DNA of 64,000 nt from Camelus ferus. Taxonomy: Eukaryota. Each line of letters opens with the position of its first letter. The stretch's first letter is position 1. The position numbers and the translations under genes were made by a program. Positions 39,710-51,710 of this stretch are shown here, in pieces. The notes beneath the pieces are model-generated. The model made no database searches and was not told where the DNA came from. It saw only the letters and a program-made list of their open reading frames with translations. The stretch lies in NCBI RefSeq assembly GCF_009834535.1, contig NC_045697.1:47618001-47682000 (forward strand), in the 5' to 3' direction.

Positions 39710-39940
39710 TTAAATGATACAGATGAACTTATTTACAAAACAGAAATAGACTCACAGACATAGAAAACAAACTTATGGTTACCAAAGGGGAAAGCAGAGA
39801 GGGTGGGGAGGGATAAATTAAGAGTTTGGGATTAGCAGATACAAACTACTATATATAAAATAAATAGGGACCTACTGTATAGCACAGGGAACTATATTCA
39901 ATATCTTGCAATAACCGATAAAAGAAAAGAATCTGAAAAA

Positions 39941-40018
<78 letters not shown>

Positions 40019-40610
40019 GCATAACTGAATCACTTTGCTGCACACCTGAAACTAACATAAATTGTAAATTAACTATACTTCAATTTAAAATGGTAAAAGA
40101 AACAGCGTAAATGTCCATCAACAGATGACTGGATAAAGAAGATGTGGTATATTTATACAATGGAATACTATTCAGCCATAAAAACCAACAGCATAACACC
40201 ATTTGCAGCAACATGGATGTTCCTGGAGAATGTCATTCTAAGTGAAGTAAGCCAGAAAGAGAAAGAAAAATACCATATGAGATTGCTCATATGTGGAATC
40301 TAAAAAAAAAAAAAAACCATAAATATAAAACAGAAACAGACTCATAGACATAGAATACAAACTTGTGGTTGCCAAGGGGGCAGAGGGTGGGAAGAGACAG
40401 ACTGGGATTTCAAAATTAGAATAGATAAACAAGATTATACTGTATAGCACAGGGAAATATCTACAAGATCTTGTGGTAGCTCACAGCGAAAAAAAATGTG
40501 ACAATGAATATATGTATATTCATGTCTAACTGAAAAATTGTGCTCTACACTGGAATTTGACACAACATTGTAAAATGACTATTACTCAATAAAAAAAAGT
40601 TAAAAAAAAG
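39710..40610 (+). mobile_element. Two tandem L1 3' end fragments
   Basis: First 3'UTR ~39710-40090 contains a (TA)n(CA)n microsatellite. Second ~40108-40610 ends tgactattactcaataaaaaaaa. Confidence 0.85.
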
Positions 40611-41469
40611 ATAAGAAGATTGCACATGTGCACAAACATAACACGAGCAAACAAATGACAAGTGTCATTAGAGCCATTTGAGTGCTAAGATTAATTGAAC
40701 TCTGATGTCTCATGTCCTGGTACCACCTCTTATTTAAGATGTTTGTTGTCCCTCCAGATCCTGGCCCTATTTTGGATCCTGGGGCTCCCTCACTTGAAAG
40801 ATTCAGCTTAAGGTCTTGACCCTGCACCACACACCTGTTCCAATCATAATGAACTGGCATTAATTCCATCATCACTCTGCCCTGCAGCACTTTCCATTTC
40901 ACAGGGGATCCTTTTGTGTGATGTGCAAATTTCCATCACCCGCCATAACACAGACTGAATCAAGCAGCGCAGGATGACACGCGGTGTGAAGATGTACATC
41001 CTGCTTGGGTGTCATTCGGCAGTACATTGTGCAGAAGTGAAAGAGTGGCTTCCTCAGGTAATGTGGAGACAGGGGCTCGAGTGAGATGATCCTGTCCCAC
41101 GGGGAAAGTGCACTGTACTCACAGAGTTTTAGGTACACACGCTGAATAGCAGCCTAGAGTGGATATATCAAATCCGGCTAACCTATGCTCTCTCCTGAAT
41201 GGGTAGAGACACTAACTTGGGGAAAGTTCTGTATCCGGTGGAAGATGAGGATTAAAGCAAAGAGCCTCTTTCTATCACATTCAACCTCACCTGCTGCCTC
41301 AAGGGAACATGTAGGTACAAGCGGAGATGAACTGTAGCCATCCTATTTTCATAATTTCTATTATAAATCTTGCAATGATCCCTTTAAATCAGTATTTAAT
41401 ATCTCTAAATTAATCCTACAGGATCTGGAATGAGGAAGTATAATAAAAGAACTTTAGTACTGATTTCCA

Positions 41470-41690
41470 GTACTGTGATTCTAAACGGGAAGGGGCTGGG
41501 GAGAAGTGAGCTTTTTGCCCTCTACGGGAAATTTGGCCATGCCTGCAGACATTTTCTGGTTGTCAGACTGCGGACAGTGCTATCTGGTGGGGTAGAGACC
41601 AGAAATGCTGCTAATCATCCAACAATACATAAGATGGCCCCCCAAAATAAAGCCTAAAACGTTAATAGTGCTCAAGTTTAGAAACTGCAT
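41470..41690. mobile_element. hAT-Charlie MITE (MER20-like)
   Basis: atttggccatgcctgcagacattttctggttgtca, gggtagagaccagaaatgctgctaatcatcc, aatagtgctcaagtttagaaac. Confidence 0.7.
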
Positions 41691-42178
41691 CCTGAATGAG
41701 GAGTAAGAAGACCAGGTCACACCACTTATTAGTAAGATACTGGGAAGTACCTTAAGCTCTTGCGATTCGACTTCTTCATCTTTAACACAAGAGTAATAAC
41801 ATCTGCTCTACTAACCCACTCAGGGTTGTTTGTAACTATCAAGTGAAAACACATACATGGTACCCAAAGGGAAGCCGGTCCTTGCACTATTCAGCAACAC
41901 GGCTTCTTCATCAAACATTCTCAGACTATTCTTTCTACAGACACAAATTCAATTGACAAATATTTATGGGGGCTATGGAATAAACAGGACAGTTTTAATC
42001 TTATTCGAGAAATCTAAATGCCCACAGAAAGTCAAATGAGCTTAAGATCCTCCACAACCCAAACCAAAAAAGAAAGAAAGAAAGAAAATCCTCTCTTGTC
42101 AACACAAGTTTAGCATTCAGCCCTCCCTTGTCAATGAGCTACAGACACAGAATCAACCACGGGTCAGAAAATACTTAC

Positions 42179-42271
42179 TGCGTGGATTTTCTTTTCATGA
42201 TGGCAAGATCCGGGAGTCCCCGGCACACACTCAGGGCAGCACTGGTTGGCGGGTATTTGAAGCACTTCTCC
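42179..42271 (-). CDS. FRAS1: FRAS1 coding exon (exon 4 equivalent)
   Basis: 93 nt, TAG acceptor and GTAAGT donor. GEVLQIPANQCCPECVPGTPGSCHHEKKIHA. Phase 0/0. Absent from the ORF track. Confidence 0.95.
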
Positions 42272-44689
42272 CTAAGCATTTAAAAACAGCTCAGTGTCAA
42301 ATAGCAGCAGCAAACAGTCATGTCAGATTCGCTACATCTCAGGAGTTTCCATGGGTGACAACAATAAACAGGATAAACTAACAAAGAGGATTCTCTGTCA
42401 AGATGAGCTGCTCTCAAAGATAAAACGAACCCGTTTGTGAAAGTGATTTCCTTAAAAATTGTCTCCATCTTTTCACATGTAATGAAGTGAAGAATTTTAT
42501 TCACTAGAAATGCTCCATCTGTGCGTCACACCAGAAAAGCAGCTGGGGTGAGAGAAGAACTCTATTTCCCCAAAAGGGATAAGAGAAGACATGGATCAGG
42601 GGGGGCCACAGAGCTGGCAGGTCTTCTAATATCCTACAGAGGCCTGATGCAGCCAGCAGAGGGGAGCTGAAGTTCCACTGTTCCCTTTCACCTGGGACAC
42701 AGAGTAGCAGAGCGCACGGGGCAGGTAACCGAAGGACAGAGCTGGGAGAGGAAACAGCATTGCCGTGGGGGTATCACATGTACCGTGGGGAGCCGGGTAG
42801 AATTCCTGGGCTCCAAAAAAGATCTACATTGTTTATCAAGGCTTCTGTAATTGCAATTGTGTTTTCTATCAATACGTGACACTATCAAGGGAATGGGCCT
42901 CCATGTGATACCCTAGGATTTATTGGGAAGCTGTCACATGTTAACTAACCATCTATTGGCCACTGTGAAGGATCTGTTTCTCTAAAATTATTAAAACTAT
43001 GGCACAAACATTTGTCTTTGAGGCCCAATTTTCCTTCTATTAGATCTTCTGACTTATCTTGTTTTTTCCACTTAGCATTTCTTCAAGTCTAGGGATGTGG
43101 CAAAGCAGGTAATTCGTGGTATTGATCAAAAATGGTAGAGGATCCTACAATAAACAGGAGATCATGACTTGTCCACAAAATAAAAGTCTACAAAGAATTC
43201 AGCTGGTAAATTTGAAAAGTTTTGTATGTATTAATGTTTCTTTGTTATTTTGGGCTGCTTCCATTAAAAAAAATTGTACCTACAAAAGAATTTAATTTTA
43301 TATAACAGCATGCACAAAAGTGGATGGGAAATGGGACTGTAATTTCACAACTGTTAATCCACTAAACAGATAAATACATCAGTAATAATGATCACCAAAT
43401 TCTTATCTGCTTAATAAGGGATAAAACTTATATGATATGGGGTTTTATAAAATGCTACATATGCTGCAACATTAATGAATATTCACAAATGTGTCATGTG
43501 AGCCCCAAATAGAAGTTAACCTTGCCTAAATTCCACCGAGACAGTAAATGTAGAAAATAGATCACTCTAATTTCCACTAAGAACTTCATACAGATAGAAA
43601 ATGAGATAATCCAAACGTTTGCAGCTGCAACCCCACGATGTAATGCAGCGTTTCTTTGCATGGCATTGTCCTCTGTGCATACCTGTTCTCCAGAAAACCT
43701 GAAGAGAAGATTGGTCCTGACAGAGTGGGGGTAGACAGCCAAGGTTCCGATGCCTGTTTTCTTTCTCTCAACTTTTCTCTGTCTCTGTCTCTGTCTCTCT
43801 CTGACCCTATTTGTCTAACTACATAGGTAGCTATTCCACATGGATACAGGGTATGAATTAAAAATCTCTTATGTATAGATATTGAATGAATAGATAGATG
43901 ATAGAGAGATACAAGTATCTATCAGAACTGCCACTGACACTACTACGTTATTTCCAGTCAATCCATAAGCAAAACATAAATTACAAAGGGCTTTTTAAAG
44001 TTTAAAAAAAGATAGGAACTCAAGTTACTATTAATAACAATAATAATTTGGTTTAGGGTACAATGGTGATTCATTAACTTGTGCCGTGAATAAATGTACC
44101 CCATGAGTAAGTGTACCACAGCACGTCTGAATAACAACACATGCTCCAGAAAAACACAAGGGAAAATGTAGTGGAGTAGAAATTACATTGGGTCATAAGC
44201 CACGGACTAGATTCTGGTCATGGCTGTGCCGCTGACTAGCTCTGTGCCTTTGACCAAGTGACTAAACAACTAAAAGTCTGTTTCTTTGTCTATAAATTGA
44301 GAAAATCTGATGAAATAAATTCAAAAGGACTCTTCTAGTTCTATCATTCTGTCTTTCTGTCTCCCTTCTCCCCCATAACTTCTCTCTTGTCTAGGTTATC
44401 CCCCTTTTACTCCCAAGGTGATCATATCTCTTTCGTAGTAATATCAAAATCCAAAACAAAACCCTCTCCCTTCCCTTGTTTGGTTATTCTACAAATTTGG
44501 ACTAAGCATCTCCTGTGTGCTCCATGCCATGCCGTTTGATGGGCTGCAGGATGAAGAAGGCATATTCCTGCTCTCAAGGAGCTAAGTGTCTGGAGGAAGA
44601 AGCAGACAAATAAGCAAGCACTTGCAGTTGGGTCAAGGGTGTAATAAGGGTGCACACAAGCACCATGGCGGCACACACGAGGCTTGATG

Positions 44690-46710
44690 CTTGGGGATGG
44701 GAGGTTCAAAGAAAGTTTATAAATGTAGCAGTGTCTACCTAATGTCCCATTTCTCTCTTCCATTCTCAGTGAAGCTCCCTGAAGAGTAGCCTTTACTTGG
44801 CCTTCCTTCTCCCACTTTCCATCCACTCCTCAAACCTTGGTAACAGAGCATCCACTCTTGCCATTTTACTGACGCCAACTTCAATGTTGCCAAAGTCAGT
44901 GGATGATATTAAATTCTTCTCCCACTTTTTCCCTTACCTGGGATCAACAGTGTTGACACAAACTCTCTCTGGAAACTACTCTCCTGGCTACCATAACACT
45001 GTTCTCTTCTCTGATCATTTCTTACCATTCACCTCTCTGACCATGCCTTCTTAACCTTCCTAAGTTTCCTCTCTTACATTCACCTCCCCTTAAATGACTG
45101 TGTTCCCCAAATTCCATCCTTGGTCTTCAATTATTTTTACACACAATCTCTTTGGATGAACGTATTAATTCTAAAGGTTTACACACTGTCTCCCTGTTAA
45201 TGATACCCACATTGTATCTCCAACCCTGTCTTCTCCTCAGAGCTTTAGACTCATATATCCAGCTGCGTTTCTGACATTTCCACCTGGCTCTTCCACGAAC
45301 ACTTCACTCTCAGCGTGGCCCAAACTGAAACAGTCATTTTCCTCCTGGATGGGATGCTTCTCCTCATTCTCCTATATTCTCAATATCAGTTTGTAGCTCA
45401 GTTAACCAATTAGTCATCAAGCTATAAATATGTGAGTTGTCTTTCCTCTTCCTTTCTCTCATCCTCCTACCTTCATTCAGTTCTGCTGACTTACCCTGTA
45501 AATATTTATTCAGCCTGCCCTTTCCTCTTGATCCCTACACTGCCCTCTCTCTGATTCAGGACTCATTCTTTCATCTGGGTTATTCTCACAGCCTCGGAAC
45601 TGATCTCTTCATTTCCAATAGTATGCATTATCTTTGAAAAACCAGAAAGATCTTTCAAAAAAAAAAAAAAAAAAAAAAAGCTGGCCCTTCTACCCACATG
45701 CCTTAAAACCTTCATTAGTATTCTATCATCTTAGAAATAAAATTCCAAGCTCCACAGCACAGCCTGCAAGGCTCTCCACAACCTTGAACTTACCAACTCT
45801 CTAGCTTCATCTCTCATTCATTCAGTCAGTCAGTCAAAAGATATTTATTGAGTGCCTACCTTGTGTCAGGTGATATTGTAGGTGCTGGGGATATACAGTG
45901 AATAAAAAAGACAGTAAACAAGAATGATCAGTAAAATATGGAGTATGTCAGATAGCAGTTAATGCCAAGAAGAAAAATAAAGCTTGGAAAAGGAATAGGA
46001 AATGTGTGGTAGTGGTAGTGGGTGGAGAATTGCAATTTTGAATAGCATGGCATTTGAGCAAGACTTGAAGGAAGTAAAGGATCTAGATAGAGAGACAGAT
46101 AGATAGATACATACATACATACATATATACATACAAAAAAGACAGACAGACAGATAACTAGATAGACAATTTCAGAAGGAACAGCAGAGTGTGGAGGCCT
46201 TAACGGCAGAACTATGGCTGGCACAAATCCAGGGACTAGCAGGCAGGCGTGGTGTCTGAAGCAGAGGGAGCAGGGGAGGAGCCCACTAATCAGAGAGGTA
46301 CAATAGTCCTTTACAGGAAATCATGAGAAGTTACTCAAAGGGAGAAGAGGAGCCACTGAAAGCTCTTGGAGGGGTTTAAGGACAGAAGCAACGCAATCTG
46401 ACTTAAATTTTAATAGGATCACCCTGGCTGCTATATCAAGATGACACAGAAAGAGGCAAGTACAAAAACAGTGAAACAAGTTAAGAGGCTACTGTGAGAA
46501 TGCAGGTAACAAGTGATAACAGGTGGAACCAGAGTCAGAGCAGAGAAGCTGTATTTGGGATGCACCGTTTTTTGATGGAAAAGCTGGGGGACTGGCTAAT
46601 GTACTGGATGGGGTTGGGGGAGAAAGTGGGGAGGATGATGCTAAGCTTTTTGACCTGAGCAAGTGGGAGAAGGGAGTTGCCATTTACTGCGATGAGAAAA
46701 ATCAGGAGAA
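44690..46710. mobile_element. Two L2 fragments in opposite orientations (~44720-45810 and ~45815-46710)
   Basis: L2 motifs ctttagactcatatatccagctgc and cattcattcagtc...atatttattgagtgcctac. Boundaries approximate. Confidence 0.6.
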
Positions 46711-46744
46711 CAAATTAGGAAGGGGCAAACTCACAATTGGTATA

Positions 46745-47070
46745 GAACAAAGGGCAGAAACTTTTTCTGTAAAGGGTCAGATAGTACATATCTCAGCCCT
46801 TGGGGACCACATATAATCTATGTCACAACCACACAACTCTGTCCTTGTAGCACAAAAGCAGCCATAGACAATATTTAAGCAAATGAGTGTGTCTGGGTTT
46901 CAATAAAACTTTATAGATACCAAAACTTGATTTCACATAATTTTCACATCACAAAATAACTGTTCTCTATTGGTTTTTTCCAACTATTTAAAAATGTCAA
47001 AACCATTCTTTGTTCACAAGTCATACAAAAAAAGGTGACAGGCCAGATTTAGTCTGCTGGCCCCTGGGAT
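46745..47070. mobile_element. hAT-Charlie MITE (MER58B-like)
   Basis: gcagaaactttttctgtaaagggtcagatagta, caataaaactttat, ggccagatttagtc. Confidence 0.7.
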
Positions 47071-48252
47071 AGAACACATTTAGTTTTCAGCATTACAGTC
47101 TATGTCTTCTAACTAATTCAGGGCTTCTTCCATGATACTGCAATTATTCACGTGATGTGGAAAAGGTCATGTCTTTGTGGCCGTTACAAAACTAGCTCAG
47201 ATTCTGACATGAGTTACTCAGCAAGCAAAATAGAGATCTTTTAGGAGTATTTACTCCATAAAATAGAAAGCCCCATAACATACAACAAAATATTATCAAA
47301 TCTTACATTTGATGTGCGCACAGCTTCTCAGAAATATATCTATTTTCAGAAATACTCTTAAAGATATATAGAACTTTTGCTCCAATGTTGGAAGCAAACA
47401 GAAACTTTTCAGCATTAGATGGTACAAAGACTCAAGATTAACTATTATGGGGCGGGAAAGGAGAAAATTAGAAAAATAAACTGTGCTCATGAAATTGACA
47501 GACTGCTTTTTAAAGAAAATAATTGGTTTTCTCTAAGGAGTTTCAAATGTTCAACTTTGAAGCTTAAGCTTTTTTTTTTTTTTTGTAAGTAGGTTCACTT
47601 TAAAAAGAAAAGAGTCAGCACCTCAAAAAAAAAATTCAAACAGAATAGATGTGTAGTCAAAAAAATGAAAAATTTTAACAAAGGGGAAGGGAGGAAATAT
47701 CCCTCACCCACTTGGTTAAATACCAGATTTCCTGAGTCAAAATGTCTCCTGTGATCCTAGGAGGCCCAAAGGCAGCACAATGATACCACCAGTGGCACAA
47801 CAAATAATGTCTTTAGAAAATCATCTTTGAGAAGTCAACCCTGACTTTCAACACATTCAATGGCTTGTAAAATGGTGTGATGGCTTTGACATCTGTCAGA
47901 CCTGGGGAAGGTCTCTGGGCAGCAGTTTATTAATTGCATAATCATATTAAGTTGCCTAAAATCTCTAGGCTTCACTTTCCTCACTTGCAAAGTGGGGATA
48001 AAGATTAGTAACCAACAGAATATTAAATGGGATAACATTTATAAAACCTTTACCTGAGTGCCTGGTCCAGAGTAAATGCCCAATAAACAGAAATTAAGAT
48101 ATTGTTAGATATGATATGTTTAAAATTCTCTCCTGCATTTCATAAAGCTTGCAAGTAAGGATGGGGATAAATGTCAAAGCCAGAAGACTGAAAAAATGCA
48201 AAAACCCTACCTTCCCTGACTTTACACTTAGAAAACAATTAGGATACCATAC

Positions 48253-48360
48253 CTTCTCAAAGGCACACTGAGGGTTTCTGCAAACAGCAGGTTTGCAGAT
48301 AACAATATCACCATGGCAACGGCAGTTCTGGCATGAATCAGGCTTCCAAATGGTGGCATC
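48253..48360 (-). CDS. FRAS1: FRAS1 coding exon (human exon 3 equivalent), VWC repeat 1
   Basis: 108 nt, CAG acceptor and GTATGG donor. Translates DATIWKPDSCQNCRCHGDIVICKPAVCRNPQCAFEK, matching the recalled FRAS1 N-terminus. Phase 0/0. Confidence 0.97.
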
Positions 48361-49125
48361 CTGCAAAGAAGCATAAGCTCTGAGTTAAAAACTGATCCGT
48401 CAAGGTATGAGCACACGAAAGCGGCACCATCAACAGCCCCACAGCCTGAACAATTAAAAGGCAAAGGAAAGTCACAGGCATACATGGTGCTTGCTGGGCA
48501 CTGATTAAACCCTGAGAGGCAGTAATCCATGTCACCACAGTCAACCCACGTAGCTACAGACAAGGGCATGCAGCAGAGAGCTGTCGATACCCGGAGTAAA
48601 AACAATCGATTGGACAGAAACCTCAGGAGACAAGCTGCTCCCTGACTTGAAGTTTCTCTTTGCTGTTAACTAGCAGAAACCATCAGAGCGCGCTCACAGG
48701 AAAACGGCACTTGGACTAGCACCAACCAGCATCCTAAGAGCAGCTTTTGCCACTGGATACTGTCAGCACCTCACACTTTACTTTGCTACTATCTATGTTG
48801 ACGCTCATTAGGAACAGAGACTTGAGTAAGTAGTTCGATATTTTTAAGGCAGATCAAGCAACACACTGAGTGGCTGTTGCATGTTCAGCTGTGCACTAGG
48901 CATGGGGCACAAGTGAAGCACATGTAAGGAGCTCACAGATTGTTTTGGATTATGAACAGGAGGGTATTAAATAAACATAAATGGATGAAACTGATATTTC
49001 TCAACAAACTGGAAAGGAAAGTAATAGTCATAAGCAGAGAATTTTAAGCAGGGCTCAGTGTAGAAAGGTCTCAGAAATTTTTTTCCAATTTCCCACCTAC
49101 CAGCATACTGAATCCATACTGAATC

Positions 49126-50340
49126 TTGTTCTAGGTATTTCATAAGAATCTTTGCCAGAAGCAGTTTTTGCCACACAATGAATTGGCCCTAGGACAATTC
49201 AGCTGTAAAAGATAAAATAACTGGTTGACAGTTTGGTTTCCCTTCTCAGTTGACAAGATACTCCCATTTTTTTATTATGGAAATCTTAGTAAACTGCATA
49301 ATGGTCTACACAGTGACGAGTAGATGTGGCGGGCTTAAAAATAGTAGATGATAACAGCTATGTATATTGATTGACTTGATATGAAATGTGATGATGAGAA
49401 AACTTACTGGAAGTGTGAAACAGGAGAGCATAAACTCAGACTGCACGCTATACTAGAAAATAACATATCATTTTGCAAATCCTTTGTTGAGCACAGTCAT
49501 TCGTTCCACCCATCAAAACCAAAAGTACCCAGCTACGGTGAGTATCAAAGAGGTGGCTACCAATTCGCAACAGTCTTCCAGAGCATCAATGTTCAATTCT
49601 TTGGCTAATTTAGATTCAATGTCATGTTCTCTAATGCCGTCTTTACCAAATTTATCAGATAATATTAGAAACTGGAGGCAAAAGAAGAATCAAGCTTCTC
49701 CTGTCTCCTCAGAAAGAAATCATTACCCGACTCCTGATAAGTTTCTTGAAAATGGTGAAGATTTTTCGCCATTTGATAGTGGAGGACATGATGTAGACAG
49801 AATTTGGGGTTTGGCGCAGACTCTGACTTAGATGACTTGGTGGAGTGTAAGGACTGGGCATGTGCTGGAACGTTTCAATGTAGTCCAGATGTGCACCACC
49901 AGTTATACACACTGTGTGTACTGATGGGAAATAACAGCATCCCTCGTCTGTTTGTTTTACTTCCAGGGGAATCTGAACAGACTTAACAGCAGATCTTTTT
50001 TTTAATATCGTAAAGAACTTATGCTGGATGTTAGATCCTGAATCCTTAACGATGGATTTGAGAAAGGAAGTATCACCGCTTTCTCTAAGATACACCTGAT
50101 ACAACTATAACCATTAATCTACATGCATTTTAAATATGTTCAAATGCTTTTTGTATTTTACACAATAAAATCTTTTTAAAATTTTGTTAATTTTTCATGT
50201 TTCAGTATGTTCTTTTAATGTTCTTCTTTTATTTTGCTTTTGTTTCTATTTTATCTTTTACAGCAAAATTGTCCAATGCCAACTAGTTGTGGGGTAAAAC
50301 TGCTCACAACAAAAATGTTTGCAGTGAAAATATGGGACAC
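49126..50340 (+). mobile_element. Fossil MULE (Mutator-like) DNA transposon, internally deleted, with degraded FLYWCH + MULE transposase
   Basis: Imperfect inverted repeats at ~49128-49219 and ~50247-50340. Frameshifted reading from ATG 49301: MVYTVTSRCGGLK/IVDDNSYVY, KTYWKCE, EHSH, LMPSLPNLSDNIRNWRQ, NGEDF..FDSG..D.DRI, WACAGTFQCSPDVHHQLYTL, PRLFVLLP, MD(F)EKGSITAFSK. Confidence 0.85.
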
Positions 50341-51288
50341 AATTGAAGTCAAATGTGCCCATTTTGAAGTAACTTTGAATCCAAGTATAGCACAGATCTC
50401 ACAGAGACCTGTTTCTGTCCTTTCAAAGGCTGCTCGGATGACTTTGAATTGAACTGGTGAAGATACCACAGACTATAGTGAAATTCATCTTCCCAGAGAT
50501 TTCTGAACCCAAATTCCTATTTCTCATGGGTTGAAAACTGCCATACTATTTGGCTGAGTTTTAAACACTAAGCCTCTTTTAAGAGTGTTACCCATTATTA
50601 TTCTCTGCTTTAAAACTACCCTATGGCTCATCTTTACCCCTGATGGGATAAAGTGCAGACCCCATCATCTGGCGCTCCCCTTTCCATAGGCTTGGTAAAT
50701 CTCACAGTCCTGAGACTTTCACCCACTCAAGTTGGTCAAGCATCAGAAAGCCCCAGCTTCCCTCATCTGGTCTCACGTCTTACCCTCCTCCTGGATCCCT
50801 ACTTCTCCCTGACTTCTCCAAAGAGTCTGCAAACCAACACACTTCTTTCAACCTTCAGCCTCAAGGACAAATCATTTCCTAACCCTTAATTCTGAACACT
50901 GCACCCCCAGTGGGGTGTGGCTCCCCACAGCTTCTCTGTGACCCCTGTTTCCTGCACACACTGTCCTGCTTCACTGCACTCACATCTAATGTTAGCATGG
51001 CCAGACCAGACTGTGAGCACCTCAGAGCAGGCACTGTCCTGGGCCTGGCACAAACAAGTGTTCACAGCTCACAAGTTGCTTAGTGAAGGCTTTTTCTTCC
51101 TTTCTACACTTCCTTATCCTTTTGTCCTCTAATATTTGAAGTGCTACTCAAACACTTTGGGGGAGGAATGAGGGAATTTTCTAAGCTCTTCACAGAGTCA
51201 CAGAATATTTTTGACCTGAAAGCGGATGAGCTGGGAAAATGGTGGATGCTAGTAAAGGATGCTGTCACACAAAAAGGCAGAAACCAAA

Positions 51289-51710
51289 TGTGATGGTTAA
51301 TTTCTGTGCCAACTTGGCTCGGCTCTGGCAACCAGCTGTTTGGTCAAACACTGGCCTCGATGTTGCTGTGAAAGTATTTTAGAGATGTGATTAACATTTA
51401 TAATTAGTAAAGTAAAGGAAATTATCCCCAACAATATGGATGAGCCTCATTCAATCAGCTGAAGGCCTTAAAAGCAAAACCTGAGGTTTCCTGGAGAGGA
51501 AGGAATTCAGCTTTCTGATTGTAGCACAGAAATTCTGCCCGAGTTTCCAGGCCTGCTCTCCTGGTTTCAAACTTGCCAGTCCCCACAATCATATGAGCCA
51601 ATTCCTTAAAATAAATTCCCTCCTCTCCTCCTCTCTCCCTCTCCCTCTCCAAGTACACACACACACACGTCTCTGATTAGTTCTGTTTCTCTGAAGGACA
51701 ATGACATGCC
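51289..51710 (+). mobile_element. ERVL solo LTR (MLT2-like)
   Basis: Begins tgtgatggttaatttctgtgccaacttggct, contains ctggcctcgatgttgctgtgaa, ends ttctgtttctctg; recalled MLT2 motifs. Confidence 0.8.

Noticed and set aside
49301..50110. Domesticated, functional transposase-derived gene
   Set aside because: Several frameshifts, in-frame stops, a mutated catalytic Asp and a missing C-terminal half indicate neutral decay.
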